In this document: positions 34,347 to 45,619 of the stretch, one piece after another | Layout of the letters: every line of letters starts with the position of its first letter | How positions within the stretch are numbered: position 1 is the first letter of the stretch | NCBI GenBank assembly: GCA_947170465.1 | Contig: CAMVTS010000001.1 | Span: 3,664 to 67,663, forward strand | Length of the DNA stretch: 64,000 bases | Source: an uncultured Clostridia bacterium | Lineage (GTDB): Bacteria; Bacillota; Clostridia; Oscillospirales; Acutalibacteraceae | Direction: 5' to 3' | Translations under genes and position numbers: made by a program | Notes under the pieces: generated by a model | The model's database searches: none | The model's input: the letters and a program-made list of their open reading frames with translations, nothing else | What the model was told of the DNA's origin: nothing

Positions 34347-35678
34347 ATGGAAAATATACCTATGAATGAATTTTTATTGCGCATGCAGGCGTTGCTCGGC
34401 GAAGAATACCCTGCGTTTCTGCGCTATTATGAGGGAGAGAACTTCCGCGGACTTCGCCTGAACACCCTCAAATGTACGCCGGACAAGCTGAAATCGGCGC
34501 TGCCCTTTGAGCTGAAACCAACGCCGTTTTGTCCGGACGGCTATTATATACCGAATGAAATCCAATCGCTTGGCAATCATCCGCTGCACCATTGCGGCGC
34601 GTTTTATATGCAGGAGCCATCCGCGACCTCGGCGGTGGAAATGCTCGGCGTGGAGGAAGGCGACTTTGTGCTCGACCTCTGCGCGGCTCCCGGCGGCAAG
34701 AGCACCCAGATTGGCGCGAAACTTAACCGCATCGGCTTGTTATGGAGCAACGAGATAGTGAAAAGCCGCGCCAATATTCTTTTATCGAATATTGAACGCA
34801 TGGGAATCCCAAACGCGGTCGTCTCCAACGCCCACCCCGACCTGCTCTGCGAACAGCTTGCCGGACGGTTTGACAAGGTGCTGGTGGACGCGCCCTGCAG
34901 CGGCGAAGGCATGTTCCGCAAGAACAGCGCCGCGCAGGAATGGAGCGTTGAGCACGTCAAAAGCTGTGCCGTTCGCCAGAAGCACATTCTCGACAGCGCA
35001 AAAAATGCTCTCAAGCCCGGCGGCGTGCTGGTTTACTCGACCTGCACCTTCTCGCGCGAGGAAAACGAGGGGGTGACAGAGGCGTTTTTGGCGGAAAATC
35101 CCGATTTTGAGCTGGAGGATGCCGGCGTGACCTTTGGCAGACCGACCATGAACTACGCACGGCGTATTTTTCCGATGGACGGCGGCGAAGGTCATTTTGC
35201 CGCCAGACTGCGCAAAAAGGGAACTGCCGCGCCGAATATGCAGCCGCCTGCGACCGGCATTGCCGATAAGGAGATTTTGGATTTCTACGACAGCCTGTTT
35301 GCCGACAGACCGTTCGGCGAGCATATTACCGTGCAAAAAGATAAGATTATCATTCTCCCAAAGAATTATCATTTCAACATCAAGGGCATACCGGTTCTCC
35401 GAGCCGGTGTGATTCTGGGCGAAAAGGTCAGGAACCGCATCGAGCCCCATCACAGCGCCTTCTGTGCCGCCAAGCCGGAGGAATGCGTAAACGCGGTGGA
35501 TTTCAGCGCCGACAGTCCGGAAATCAAAGCCTATCTCCACGGTGAGGAAATCGCCGTGCCGCCCGACCTCAAGGGCTATACCGCCGTCTGCGTCGAGGGC
35601 ATGACGACCGGCTTCGGCAAGGCGTCCGGCGGCAGATTAAAGAACAAATACCCGAAAGGACTGCGGACACTGAAATGA
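34347..35678 (+). CDS. RsmB/RsmF-type 16S rRNA m5C methyltransferase (NOL1/NOP2/Sun)
   Basis: DLCAAPGGKSTQI, DAPCSGEGMFRK and VYSTCTF. An alternative ATG at 34362 is possible. Confidence 0.85.
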   Translation: MENIPMNEFLLRMQALLGEEYPAFLRYYEGENFRGLRLNTLKCTPDKLKSALPFELKPTPFCPDGYYIPNEIQSLGNHPLHHCGAFYMQEPSATSAVEMLGVEEGDFVLDLCAAPGGKSTQIGAKLNRIGLLWSNEIVKSRANILLSNIERMGIPNAVVSNAHPDLLCEQLAGRFDKVLVDAPCSGEGMFRKNSAAQEWSVEHVKSCAVRQKHILDSAKNALKPGGVLVYSTCTFSREENEGVTEAFLAENPDFELEDAGVTFGRPTMNYARRIFPMDGGEGHFAARLRKKGTAAPNMQPPATGIADKEILDFYDSLFADRPFGEHITVQKDKIIILPKNYHFNIKGIPVLRAGVILGEKVRNRIEPHHSAFCAAKPEECVNAVDFSADSPEIKAYLHGEEIAVPPDLKGYTAVCVEGMTTGFGKASGGRLKNKYPKGLRTLK

Positions 35679-36532
35679 ACAGATTATCGGACATCGGAAC
35701 CATCAGGGAGATTCTCACGCGCCACGGCTTTACCTTTTCCAAGGCGCTCGGACAGAATTTTCTCATCAATCCATCGGTCTGTCCGCGCATGGCGCAGGAG
35801 AGCGGCGCCGGGTCAGGCGTCGGCGTCATAGAAATCGGACCGGGTATCGGTGTGCTGACGAACGAGCTCTGTCAGCTTGCCGGCAAGGTGGTCGCCGTCG
35901 AGCTGGACAAGCGCCTGCTGCCGGTGCTCGACGAGACCTTAGCGGAATACGATAACGTCAAAATCGTCAACGACGACGTGCTCAGGCTCGATTTGAATCA
36001 GCTCATAGCCGAGGAATTTCCGGACATGGAGGTCGTTGTCTGCGCCAATCTTCCGTACTACATCACCTCGCCGGTGATTATGAAGCTGCTCGAGGACAGG
36101 CTGCCGGTCAAAGCCATCACCGTCATGGTGCAGAAGGAAGCCGCGCAGCGTATCTGCGCCGAGGTCGGCTCGCGCATGAGCGGCGCCGTTACGGTGTCGG
36201 TGAATTACTACGCCAAGCCCGAAATGCTCTTTGGCGTGAGCGCCGGTTCGTTTATGCCGGCGCCCAAGGTGGATTCGGCGGTGATTCGGCTGAACGTGCT
36301 CCCGGAGCCGCCGGTCCAGACGGACGAAGCGCTCTTTTTTGAGGTCGTCAAGGCGGCGTTTTCACAGCGCCGCAAGGTCATTGCCAACTCGCTCAGCGCC
36401 GGACTGCACCGCCCCAAGGACGAAATCACCGGCGTGCTGACCAAAGCCGGCATACCGCTGAACGCCAGAGCCGAAGCGCTGAAGCTGGAGGATTTTGCCG
36501 CGATTGCCAATTGTCTGGAGGAAGAAGCATGA
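35675..36532 (+). CDS. rsmA: 16S rRNA (adenine1518/1519-N6)-dimethyltransferase
   Basis: LGQNFLINPSV, IEIGPGIGVLT and NLPYYITSP. Confidence 0.9.
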   Translation: MNRLSDIGTIREILTRHGFTFSKALGQNFLINPSVCPRMAQESGAGSGVGVIEIGPGIGVLTNELCQLAGKVVAVELDKRLLPVLDETLAEYDNVKIVNDDVLRLDLNQLIAEEFPDMEVVVCANLPYYITSPVIMKLLEDRLPVKAITVMVQKEAAQRICAEVGSRMSGAVTVSVNYYAKPEMLFGVSAGSFMPAPKVDSAVIRLNVLPEPPVQTDEALFFEVVKAAFSQRRKVIANSLSAGLHRPKDEITGVLTKAGIPLNARAEALKLEDFAAIANCLEEEA

Positions 36533-36750
36533 AAATGAACGGAAAATACAAGGCAGCCCTTGTCCTGCTGCTGATTGGCCTTGCCTGCGCCATCGCGGCA
36601 GGTGTTGCCGGATTTCTTTTGAGAAAAGAAACTGTCGCCATGATTGCAGGCGCTGCCGGCACGGCGTGCGTCTTTACCGGCATTCTGCTCGCGATGAAAA
36701 GCGGCGAAAAGCCGGAGAAGCAGCCCCCGGCAATTGATGAAAGTGATTGA
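36529..36750 (+). CDS. small two-TM membrane protein
   Basis: MKMNGKYKAALVLLLIGLACAIAAGVAGFLL... GGAGG RBS (track start 36511). Confidence 0.5.
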   Translation: MKMNGKYKAALVLLLIGLACAIAAGVAGFLLRKETVAMIAGAAGTACVFTGILLAMKSGEKPEKQPPAIDESD

Positions 36751-36780
36751 CAACGTTCCCTTATTCTGCTATAATAAAAA

Positions 36781-36921
36781 TATAAAGGGGAGTAGTTCGC
36801 GGCGATAGCCGTGGTATATTTCGTCAATCTCATACCTGCGCGACGGGTATCGGATATATCTGAAAGAACGAGACTTTTATTGCGAAACGGGTGAGTAGCG
36901 CAATAAAAGTCTTATTTTTTT
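36781..36921 (+). promoter_or_regulatory. yybP-ykoY (Mn2+) riboswitch with terminator expression platform
   Basis: AAAGGGGAGUAG ... CGUCAAUCUCAUAC ... GAACGAGACUUUUAU. The terminator agacttttattgcg(36871-84)/cgcaataaaagtct(36899-912)+U9 shares its 5' arm with the aptamer P1 3' strand. Confidence 0.7.
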
Positions 36922-36936
36922 GAGGAGGCATTCTGC

Positions 36937-39537
<2,601 letters not shown>

Positions 39538-39595
39538 TGATGATTGACAACACCTTTTGAATCTTTTATAATAAAAGAAAAAGGAGGTTTTCCTA

Positions 39596-40132
39596 ATGAA
39601 TATCTGGCATGACATTTCACCCAAGCGCATCACCGCTAAGCAGTTTTACGCTGTTATTGAGATTTCCAAGGGCGGCAAGAATAAATATGAGCTCGACAAG
39701 GAGACCGGACTGCTCAAGCTCGACCGCGTACTCTTTACTTCCACGGTTTATCCTGCCAACTACGGCTTCATTCCGCGCACCTACGCCAACGACGGCGACC
39801 CGCTCGACGTGCTGGTGCTGTGCAGCAAAACCATCAACTCCATGACGCTGGTCGAGTGCAAGCCCATTGGCGTGCTCAACATGACCGACAACGGCAAGAT
39901 TGACGAGAAGATTATCGCCGTTCCCGTCAACGACCCCAACTACAACGTCTACAACGACATTTCCGACCTGCCGAAGCACCGTTTTGATGAAATCCGTCAT
40001 TTCTTCATGGTCTACAAGGCGCTCGAGGACGGCAACAAGATCGCCGCTACCGAGTTCTCCGGCGCGGAAGCCGCCATGGACACCATTCAGAAGGCGATTG
40101 ACAGCTATATCCACTACTTTCAGTTAGCGTAA
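39596..40132 (+). CDS. ppa: inorganic pyrophosphatase, family I
   Basis: EISKGGKNKYELD...YPANYGFIPRT...DGDPLDVLVL. Confidence 0.95.
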   Translation: MNIWHDISPKRITAKQFYAVIEISKGGKNKYELDKETGLLKLDRVLFTSTVYPANYGFIPRTYANDGDPLDVLVLCSKTINSMTLVECKPIGVLNMTDNGKIDEKIIAVPVNDPNYNVYNDISDLPKHRFDEIRHFFMVYKALEDGNKIAATEFSGAEAAMDTIQKAIDSYIHYFQLA

Positions 40133-40141
40133 ACTGAAGTC

Positions 40142-40382
40142 AAGCCGGGCTTTTGCCCGGCTCAGACTGTAGAAAAAGTCCAAACAAGTAATTCTCGTAT
40201 CAATTATATTCGATTTTACTTGTAGGGTTCGGTCTTGACCGAACCGTGGACGAAGCGCTTACGTCAGACTCATTACTCCGGTTTGGTCAAGACCAAACCC
40301 TACATTTTCAGCTTATATTTTTACCATCATCGAAAGACAAGCGACTGTTTTTCGACACGCTAAGCCGGGCTTTTGCTCGGCT
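40142..40382. repeat. ~200-bp structured insert bounded by a duplicated terminator hairpin (MITE-like)
   Basis: aagccgggcttttgcccggct (40142-62) vs aagccgggcttttgctcggct (40362-82). Internal IR tgtagggttcggtcttgaccgaacc (40221-45) / ggtttggtcaagaccaaaccctaca (40280-304). Confidence 0.45.
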
Positions 40383-40472
40383 TTCATTTTTCTTATCAAA
40401 AACTGTTATTTGTGAAACACTTTTGCCATTTTCCGACACTATATTAATGAACGAATTCGTTGGAGGTCAGAC

Positions 40473-40973
40473 ATGGACGGCAAAGCATTGATCAAAAGAG
40501 CAAGGGCAGGCGACAAGGACGCGTTTTCTCAGCTCTATCTGCAATACAAGGACAGTCTCTACCGCTACGCCTACTATAAGCTGCGCAGTGCCGAGGACGC
40601 GAAGGACGCGGTGTCGGCATGCATTACGCAGGCGTATATGGGCATCGCGTCCATCCGGGACGAGCGTGCCTTTTCGGCGTGGCTGTTCCGGATTCTCTAC
40701 CGCGAGTGCTGCGCGATAATCCGGCGCAAGACCGGACTGGAATTTGTCGAGATAGACGAGAACGCCCATCTTCTGCCCGATACCTCATACATACGCACCG
40801 AGCTGAGCGAAGCGCTCGACAGCCTTTCGGCGGAGGAACGCGACCTTGTTCTCCTCAGTGCCGTCGCCGGCTACAACAGCCGCGAAATCGGCGCCATGCT
40901 CGGCAAGAACCCGGCAACCGTGCGGACAAAGCTCGCGCGTGCGCTGGGAAAGATGAGACAGTTTTTGGAGTAA
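40473..40973 (+). CDS. ECF-type sigma-70 family sigma factor
   Basis: 166 aa. FSQLYLQYKDSLYRYAYYKL (region 2) and NSREIGAMLGKNPATVRTKLARA (region 4). Confidence 0.85.
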   Translation: MDGKALIKRARAGDKDAFSQLYLQYKDSLYRYAYYKLRSAEDAKDAVSACITQAYMGIASIRDERAFSAWLFRILYRECCAIIRRKTGLEFVEIDENAHLLPDTSYIRTELSEALDSLSAEERDLVLLSAVAGYNSREIGAMLGKNPATVRTKLARALGKMRQFLE

Positions 40974-40977
40974 AGCG

Positions 40978-43017
40978 ATGAAACAGACAGATTTTGATTT
41001 TATCAGGGACAAATTATCGTCCGACGGCGTCCACGCGCCGGACGAACTCAACGAGGAGCTGATTTCGCGGCAGCTTGCCGGCGTGCAGCCCCTGCAGGAG
41101 AAAAAGAATCATAAAAAGCTGATTGGCGCGGTGTCCGTTGCCGCTTCCGTGGCGGTGATTACCGCCGGCGCGTTCATCACGGCGAATATCTTCGGCGCGC
41201 TGCCGTGGCAGAAAAAGCCCCTGCCCGAACCCCTGACCGGTACGGCGAGCCTGCGCGCTTTTCAGAATAAGGGCGAAATCCGCGAAACAATCAAGCGCAC
41301 CATGGATTTCCGGCGCAACCTCTACAGCAATGATCAGAGCAGCGCGGCGGCGGATATTGCGCTCGAATACGGTGCGGCTGACGAAAAGGGCGCTTTGAAT
41401 GGTGCCGCTGCCGATGGCGCCGCTACCGGCGCCGCGGCGTCCGGCTCCAGCCACAATGCCACCTACGTTCAGCATACCGGCGTGGACGAAGCCGACTGCC
41501 TCAAAACGGACGGCAAGTACCTCTACTATCTCTCGGAAAACGGCAATATCCTGATTTATTCCGCCAAGGGCGAGCAGTCCGAGAAGGTTGCCGTCGTCAA
41601 GCCGGATTCCGAGGACGCTTATTTTAACAATTTCTACGTTCGCAGCGACCGTCTGATTGTGCTGTCGCAGAAATACTATTATAACGGCGAGCCAAACAGC
41701 AAGAATTATTCTCAAAAAGAATTTTCAAAAGCCGAAATCTACGATATTTCCGATGTTTCCCACGTCACGCGCGTTGATGAATTTGCGCAGGGCGGTTCTT
41801 ATTGCTCCTCGCGCATGATTGGAGACACGCTCTATCTGGTGTCCACCGACTACGCAAGCGACGAGAACAGCGTGCCGGTTACGTGCAGCGATTTTGATAA
41901 CGCAAAGCGCGCGACCTTTGACGAGGTGCCGGCGCAGAACGTCTATACCGTCGATAATCCCACCAGCGCCAACTTCCTTGTCGTCAGCCGCTTTGACACC
42001 AAAAACAGCGGTAAGGACACCGTGACCAAGGCGATTCTCGGTTCAGCGCAGGACGTTTACTGCACGCAGGATCATCTCTATGTCACCGCCATGGAGTATT
42101 CGCCGGTGCTGTTTGAGGACGTGCTCAACAATACGCGCAGCTGGAGCTGGAACTACCTCCGGCGCGGCGAGAGCACCCAGATTGTCAAGGTCGATTTGCT
42201 CGACAACCTCAACTTCACGGCAAGCGCCGCCGTCAGGGGCGAGATTAACAACCAGTATTCTCTCGACGAATACGAGGGCAACCTCCGCGTGGCGACGACC
42301 TCCTGTGACGAAGACGGCATCGAGACCAACAACCTCTATGTCCTGTCCGACAAGCTCGAACAGCTCGGCGAGGTCACGGGCTTCGCGAAAAACGAGAGCA
42401 TCAAGGCGGTGCGTTACATCAACGAAACCGCCTACGTTATCACCTACGAACGCACCGACCCGCTCTTTGTGATTGACCTCAGCGTACCGACAGCGCCGCA
42501 TATCACCGGCGAGGTCAAAATCACCGGATTTTCCAGTATGCTCGTGCCGGTTGACGGCAACACCCTGCTCGGTCTCGGCTACGAAACCGTTGAGAGCGAC
42601 AGCGGCATGGAGATGCAGACCGGACTGAAAATCGTCACCTTTGACGTGACCGACAAGAGCAATCCCGCCATTCTCGACACCAAGGTTTTTGAGGACTACA
42701 CCTCCGACGTCCAGTACGACCCCAAGGCGCTGCTGGTGAATTTCGACCGCGGCGACTACACCATTCCCTATACGTCCTATATCCAGCAATTCGATTCGGA
42801 GACCGACCGCTATGGTGACCCGATTGTCAGCGGCGGCACGATTAACTTCAAAATCGAGAACGGCAAAATCGCGGTGGTGGACGAATACACCTCCGACAAG
42901 CTCACCTCCGTCCGCCGCTGCTGCTATGTGGACGACACCGTCTACCTGTTCGGCGATCATTACCGGAACGGCAGCACCATCGACAACGGCGCTATTGACT
43001 GCGTGACCTATAAATAG
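40978..43017 (+). CDS. membrane-anchored beta-propeller domain protein (PF09826-like), probable anti-sigma partner
   Basis: Cytoplasmic N-terminus, TM LIGAVSVAASVAVITAGAFITANIF, and HTGVDEADCLKTDGKYLYYLS, which is typical of the Beta_propel family. Starts 4 nt after the sigma gene. Confidence 0.7.
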   Translation: MKQTDFDFIRDKLSSDGVHAPDELNEELISRQLAGVQPLQEKKNHKKLIGAVSVAASVAVITAGAFITANIFGALPWQKKPLPEPLTGTASLRAFQNKGEIRETIKRTMDFRRNLYSNDQSSAAADIALEYGAADEKGALNGAAADGAATGAAASGSSHNATYVQHTGVDEADCLKTDGKYLYYLSENGNILIYSAKGEQSEKVAVVKPDSEDAYFNNFYVRSDRLIVLSQKYYYNGEPNSKNYSQKEFSKAEIYDISDVSHVTRVDEFAQGGSYCSSRMIGDTLYLVSTDYASDENSVPVTCSDFDNAKRATFDEVPAQNVYTVDNPTSANFLVVSRFDTKNSGKDTVTKAILGSAQDVYCTQDHLYVTAMEYSPVLFEDVLNNTRSWSWNYLRRGESTQIVKVDLLDNLNFTASAAVRGEINNQYSLDEYEGNLRVATTSCDEDGIETNNLYVLSDKLEQLGEVTGFAKNESIKAVRYINETAYVITYERTDPLFVIDLSVPTAPHITGEVKITGFSSMLVPVDGNTLLGLGYETVESDSGMEMQTGLKIVTFDVTDKSNPAILDTKVFEDYTSDVQYDPKALLVNFDRGDYTIPYTSYIQQFDSETDRYGDPIVSGGTINFKIENGKIAVVDEYTSDKLTSVRRCCYVDDTVYLFGDHYRNGSTIDNGAIDCVTYK

Positions 43018-43024
43018 TATAATT

Positions 43025-43053
43025 AAAGCCGGTATCTTTATGATACCGGCTTT
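43025..43053. terminator. bidirectional terminator
   Basis: aaagccggtatc-tttat-gataccggcttt. Confidence 0.6.
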
Positions 43054-43056
43054 GCA

Positions 43057-43263
43057 TTACAGCTTAAAATCTTCTATCGTGTACGTACCGCGCAGGGTGA
43101 CGCTTCTCGGGACACGGAGCAGGGGATTGTAGTCAAACGCTCTGCACTTCGCGTCCTGAATGTGCTTCGCTTTTTTGCAGCCGAACACGCCGTTTTCAAA
43201 GACAGCGTTGTCGCAATACGCGCAGTCCGGAACGATATTTTTACCAAAGAGTTTATTTTTCAT
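43057..43263 (-). CDS. small 4-Cys hypothetical protein (68 aa)
   Basis: VPDCAYCDNAV...GCKKAKHIQDAKC. Confidence 0.5.
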   Translation of the reverse strand: MKNKLFGKNIVPDCAYCDNAVFENGVFGCKKAKHIQDAKCRAFDYNPLLRVPRSVTLRGTYTIEDFKL

Positions 43264-43317
43264 AGGAGTTCACCTCAGTAACCAGTATACCATATCTTAT
43301 AACAGCTTTCAAGCCAT

Positions 43318-44166
43318 TTGGGAGGAATCATCTTGACCTTTTCATCAGCCACTATGGCGCTCAACCATCCGGATACCGTGCCGTTTCTCACTTATTATTC
43401 TTTATCGGAAATAAAATTCATCCGTCACGCCTTCACTACCCGTCTCGGCGGCGTATCGGAGGGAGAGTTCACCTCAATGAACATGGCGTTCAACCGCGGC
43501 GACAATCCCGGCAACGTGACCGAGAATTACAGGCGCTTCTGCCTGAGCGCCGGCTTTGAGTTTGACACCCTGACTGCCTCGGCGCAGGACCATCACACCT
43601 TTGTCCGTCCGGTCACGAAGGAAAACTGCGGCGTCGGCATTTACAAGCCGCGTGATATGGAAAGCGTTGACGGACTGATTACCAATGAAAAGGGCGTGAC
43701 CTTGGTCACCTACTACGCCGACTGCACGCCGCTGTTCTTTGTTGATACCAAAAACAAGGCGATTGGTCTGGCGCATGCCGGGTGGCGCGGCACCGTCGGC
43801 AGAATCGGGGAGAAGGTGCTCGAAAAAATGCGTGAATGTTACGGCACCGAACCTGCGGATATTGTCGCGGCAATCGGACCGGCGATTTCGCGCTGCTGCT
43901 ACGAGGTTGACGAGCCGTGCGCGAAGCATTTCCTCGCCATGACCGATTTGCAGCCGGAGCGGTTTGTCTTTCCGAAGGAGGGCGGCAAGTTCATGCTCGA
44001 TTTGCTCGAAACCAACCGTCAGATTCTGGTCGCGGCAGACGTGAAGCCGGAGAATATCACCGTGTCCGACCTCTGTACCAACTGCCACAGCGATTTGCTG
44101 TGGAGCCACCGCGCCACCAAGGGCAGACGCGGCACCATGTCCGCCATGATGGCGATTGTGGATTAA
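43318..44166 (+). CDS. pgeF: PgeF/YfiH (Cu-oxidase_4, DUF152) peptidoglycan-editing factor family
   Basis: YYADCTPLFFVD and GLAHAGWRGTV. The start is uncertain (TTG 43318, TTG 43333 after GGAGGA, or ATG 43354). Confidence 0.85.
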   Translation: MGGIILTFSSATMALNHPDTVPFLTYYSLSEIKFIRHAFTTRLGGVSEGEFTSMNMAFNRGDNPGNVTENYRRFCLSAGFEFDTLTASAQDHHTFVRPVTKENCGVGIYKPRDMESVDGLITNEKGVTLVTYYADCTPLFFVDTKNKAIGLAHAGWRGTVGRIGEKVLEKMRECYGTEPADIVAAIGPAISRCCYEVDEPCAKHFLAMTDLQPERFVFPKEGGKFMLDLLETNRQILVAADVKPENITVSDLCTNCHSDLLWSHRATKGRRGTMSAMMAIVD

Positions 44167-45110
44167 AGATAATCCGCAAACCACACGTCGTTTACACTGA
44201 ATTCTTTTCCGTCGAGGTATTGCAGCAGACCTGCGTCCTCCGTGAAATGAAACTTCAATTTATAACTGTACAGCGCCTGCCAGCGAAAGCCGTCGGGCGC
44301 TTTCTTGTTTTTGCCGTACTTTGTATCACCCACCAGCGGATGCCCGATGGAAGCCATATGCGCGCGAATCTGGTGCGTCCTGCCGGTCAGCAGCTCGACC
44401 TCGGCAAGACTGTAGGCGCCGTTGGATTTGAGAATTTCATATTTTGTCAGGATTTCCTTGCTGCCTTCCACGGGATTCTGGTGCACCGTCACCTTGTTTT
44501 TGCTCTCGTTTTTCGTCAGAAAGCCGTGCAGGGTGTCGCTGTCCTTCTTTGGCTTGCCGTGAATCAGGCAGAGATAGAACTTCTCCAGCTCCCTTGTTTT
44601 CATCTTCCGGTTGAGAATCCGCAGGCTTTCGGCGTTCTTAGCGGCAATCACAATGCCGCCGGTGTTGCGGTCAATCCGGTTGACCAGCGCCGGCGCGAAC
44701 GCCTGCTCCGCTTCGGGGTTATATTCACCCTTTTCGTAGAGATAATGCTGCACGCGGCTGACGAGCGAATCAAAGTGATAGCGCTTGTCCGGGTGGACAA
44801 TCACGCCGGGCTTTTTGTCGAGCAAAAGGAGGTTGCCGTCCTCATAGACGATAGTGAGCTTTGTCGGCGCTTTGAGAAATTCATAGTGCTTTTCCCCGCT
44901 CTGCTCAAAGAACTCGTCCTTGATGAAGAAGGTCAGCACGTCGCCTTCGTGCACCATATCCTCCGGACTGCATTTTTTGCCGTTGATTTTGACGCATTTT
45001 TTTCGGATATATTTGTACATCAGTGTTTTGGGCAGGGTGCGGAACCGCTTCTGCAGGAACTTGTCCAGCCGCTGGCTGCCGTCGTTTTTGCCGATTGTCA
45101 GTTGTCTCAT
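44163..45110 (-). CDS. RluA-family pseudouridine synthase with S4 domain
   Basis: RIDRNTGGIVIAAK and HQIRAHMASIGHPLVGDTKYG. ATG 45110 (MRQLTIGK...) is preferred over the track start 45161. Confidence 0.9.
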   Translation of the reverse strand: MRQLTIGKNDGSQRLDKFLQKRFRTLPKTLMYKYIRKKCVKINGKKCSPEDMVHEGDVLTFFIKDEFFEQSGEKHYEFLKAPTKLTIVYEDGNLLLLDKKPGVIVHPDKRYHFDSLVSRVQHYLYEKGEYNPEAEQAFAPALVNRIDRNTGGIVIAAKNAESLRILNRKMKTRELEKFYLCLIHGKPKKDSDTLHGFLTKNESKNKVTVHQNPVEGSKEILTKYEILKSNGAYSLAEVELLTGRTHQIRAHMASIGHPLVGDTKYGKNKKAPDGFRWQALYSYKLKFHFTEDAGLLQYLDGKEFSVNDVWFADYL

Positions 45111-45199
45111 ACTATCACCGTTTCTATCATACCGAAAAAAATCCCGTTTGGCAAGTGTCACTTTTGTCTTTGGCGCGTAGACTGATAGAGGGTGATAGG

Positions 45200-45343
45200 A
45201 TGAGATGCAGAAGAAGCAAGGTTCGCGCGTCGGTGTTTTTCGGACTGGGGCTTTTGGTCGCGTCGGTGTTGCCCACCGAATGGGTGCTGGCAGTGGCGGC
45301 AGCCGCGCTGGTATTTGTGAGTATATCGTGTTTCCGGAGGTGA
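45200..45343 (+). CDS. candidate 47-aa membrane peptide upstream of spoVM
   Basis: MRCRRSKVRASVFFGLGLLVASVLPTEWVLAVAAAALVFVSISCFRR. RBS GAGGGTGA. Confidence 0.35.
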   Translation: MRCRRSKVRASVFFGLGLLVASVLPTEWVLAVAAAALVFVSISCFRR

Positions 45344-45347
45344 CAGC

Positions 45348-45440
45348 ATGAAGGTAGTACTTATCGACAATCCGAAATTTTTCGCCGGACTTCTCAGAAT
45401 GATGTTCGGCATTAAAAAGGAAAAACGCAATTTTTCATAA
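45348..45440 (+). CDS. spoVM: stage V sporulation protein M (30 aa, not in ORF track)
   Basis: MKVVLIDNPKFFAGLLRMMFGIKKEKRNFS, compared with B. subtilis SpoVM MKFYTIKLPKFLGGIVRAMLGSFRKD (from memory). GGAGGTGA RBS. Terminator at 45492-45535. Confidence 0.7.
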   Translation: MKVVLIDNPKFFAGLLRMMFGIKKEKRNFS

Positions 45441-45491
45441 AAGAAACATGCTATAGGAAAATTGAACAAACGAAATGCGGACAAAGAGTTT

Positions 45492-45535
45492 GAGATGTGC
45501 ATAGTTCCGAAAACGACGCACATCTCATTTTTTTG
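45492..45535 (+). terminator. spoVM terminator
   Basis: gagatgtgc...gcacatctc followed by attttttt. Confidence 0.65.
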
Positions 45536-45619
45536 TTGTTTTTTTGTTAAAAAACATTTATAATTGAGATGGTAATTTGTATTGCAAAATGTTGCAGTAT
45601 TTAGGAGGTTTCAATTAAC

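Noticed and set aside
40246-40491. 81-aa ORF across the MITE-like insert (also 10854-11096 and 8646-8903 in island spacers).
   Set aside because: These have no RBS and run through hairpins, promoters and terminator copies. Their sequences are not protein-like.
43917-45185. 422-aa plus-strand ORF overlapping pgeF and the whole RluA gene (also 43474-44184 on the minus strand).
   Set aside because: It is antisense to a pseudouridine synthase with the HQIRAH and RIDRNTGG motifs. It has no RBS and biased composition.
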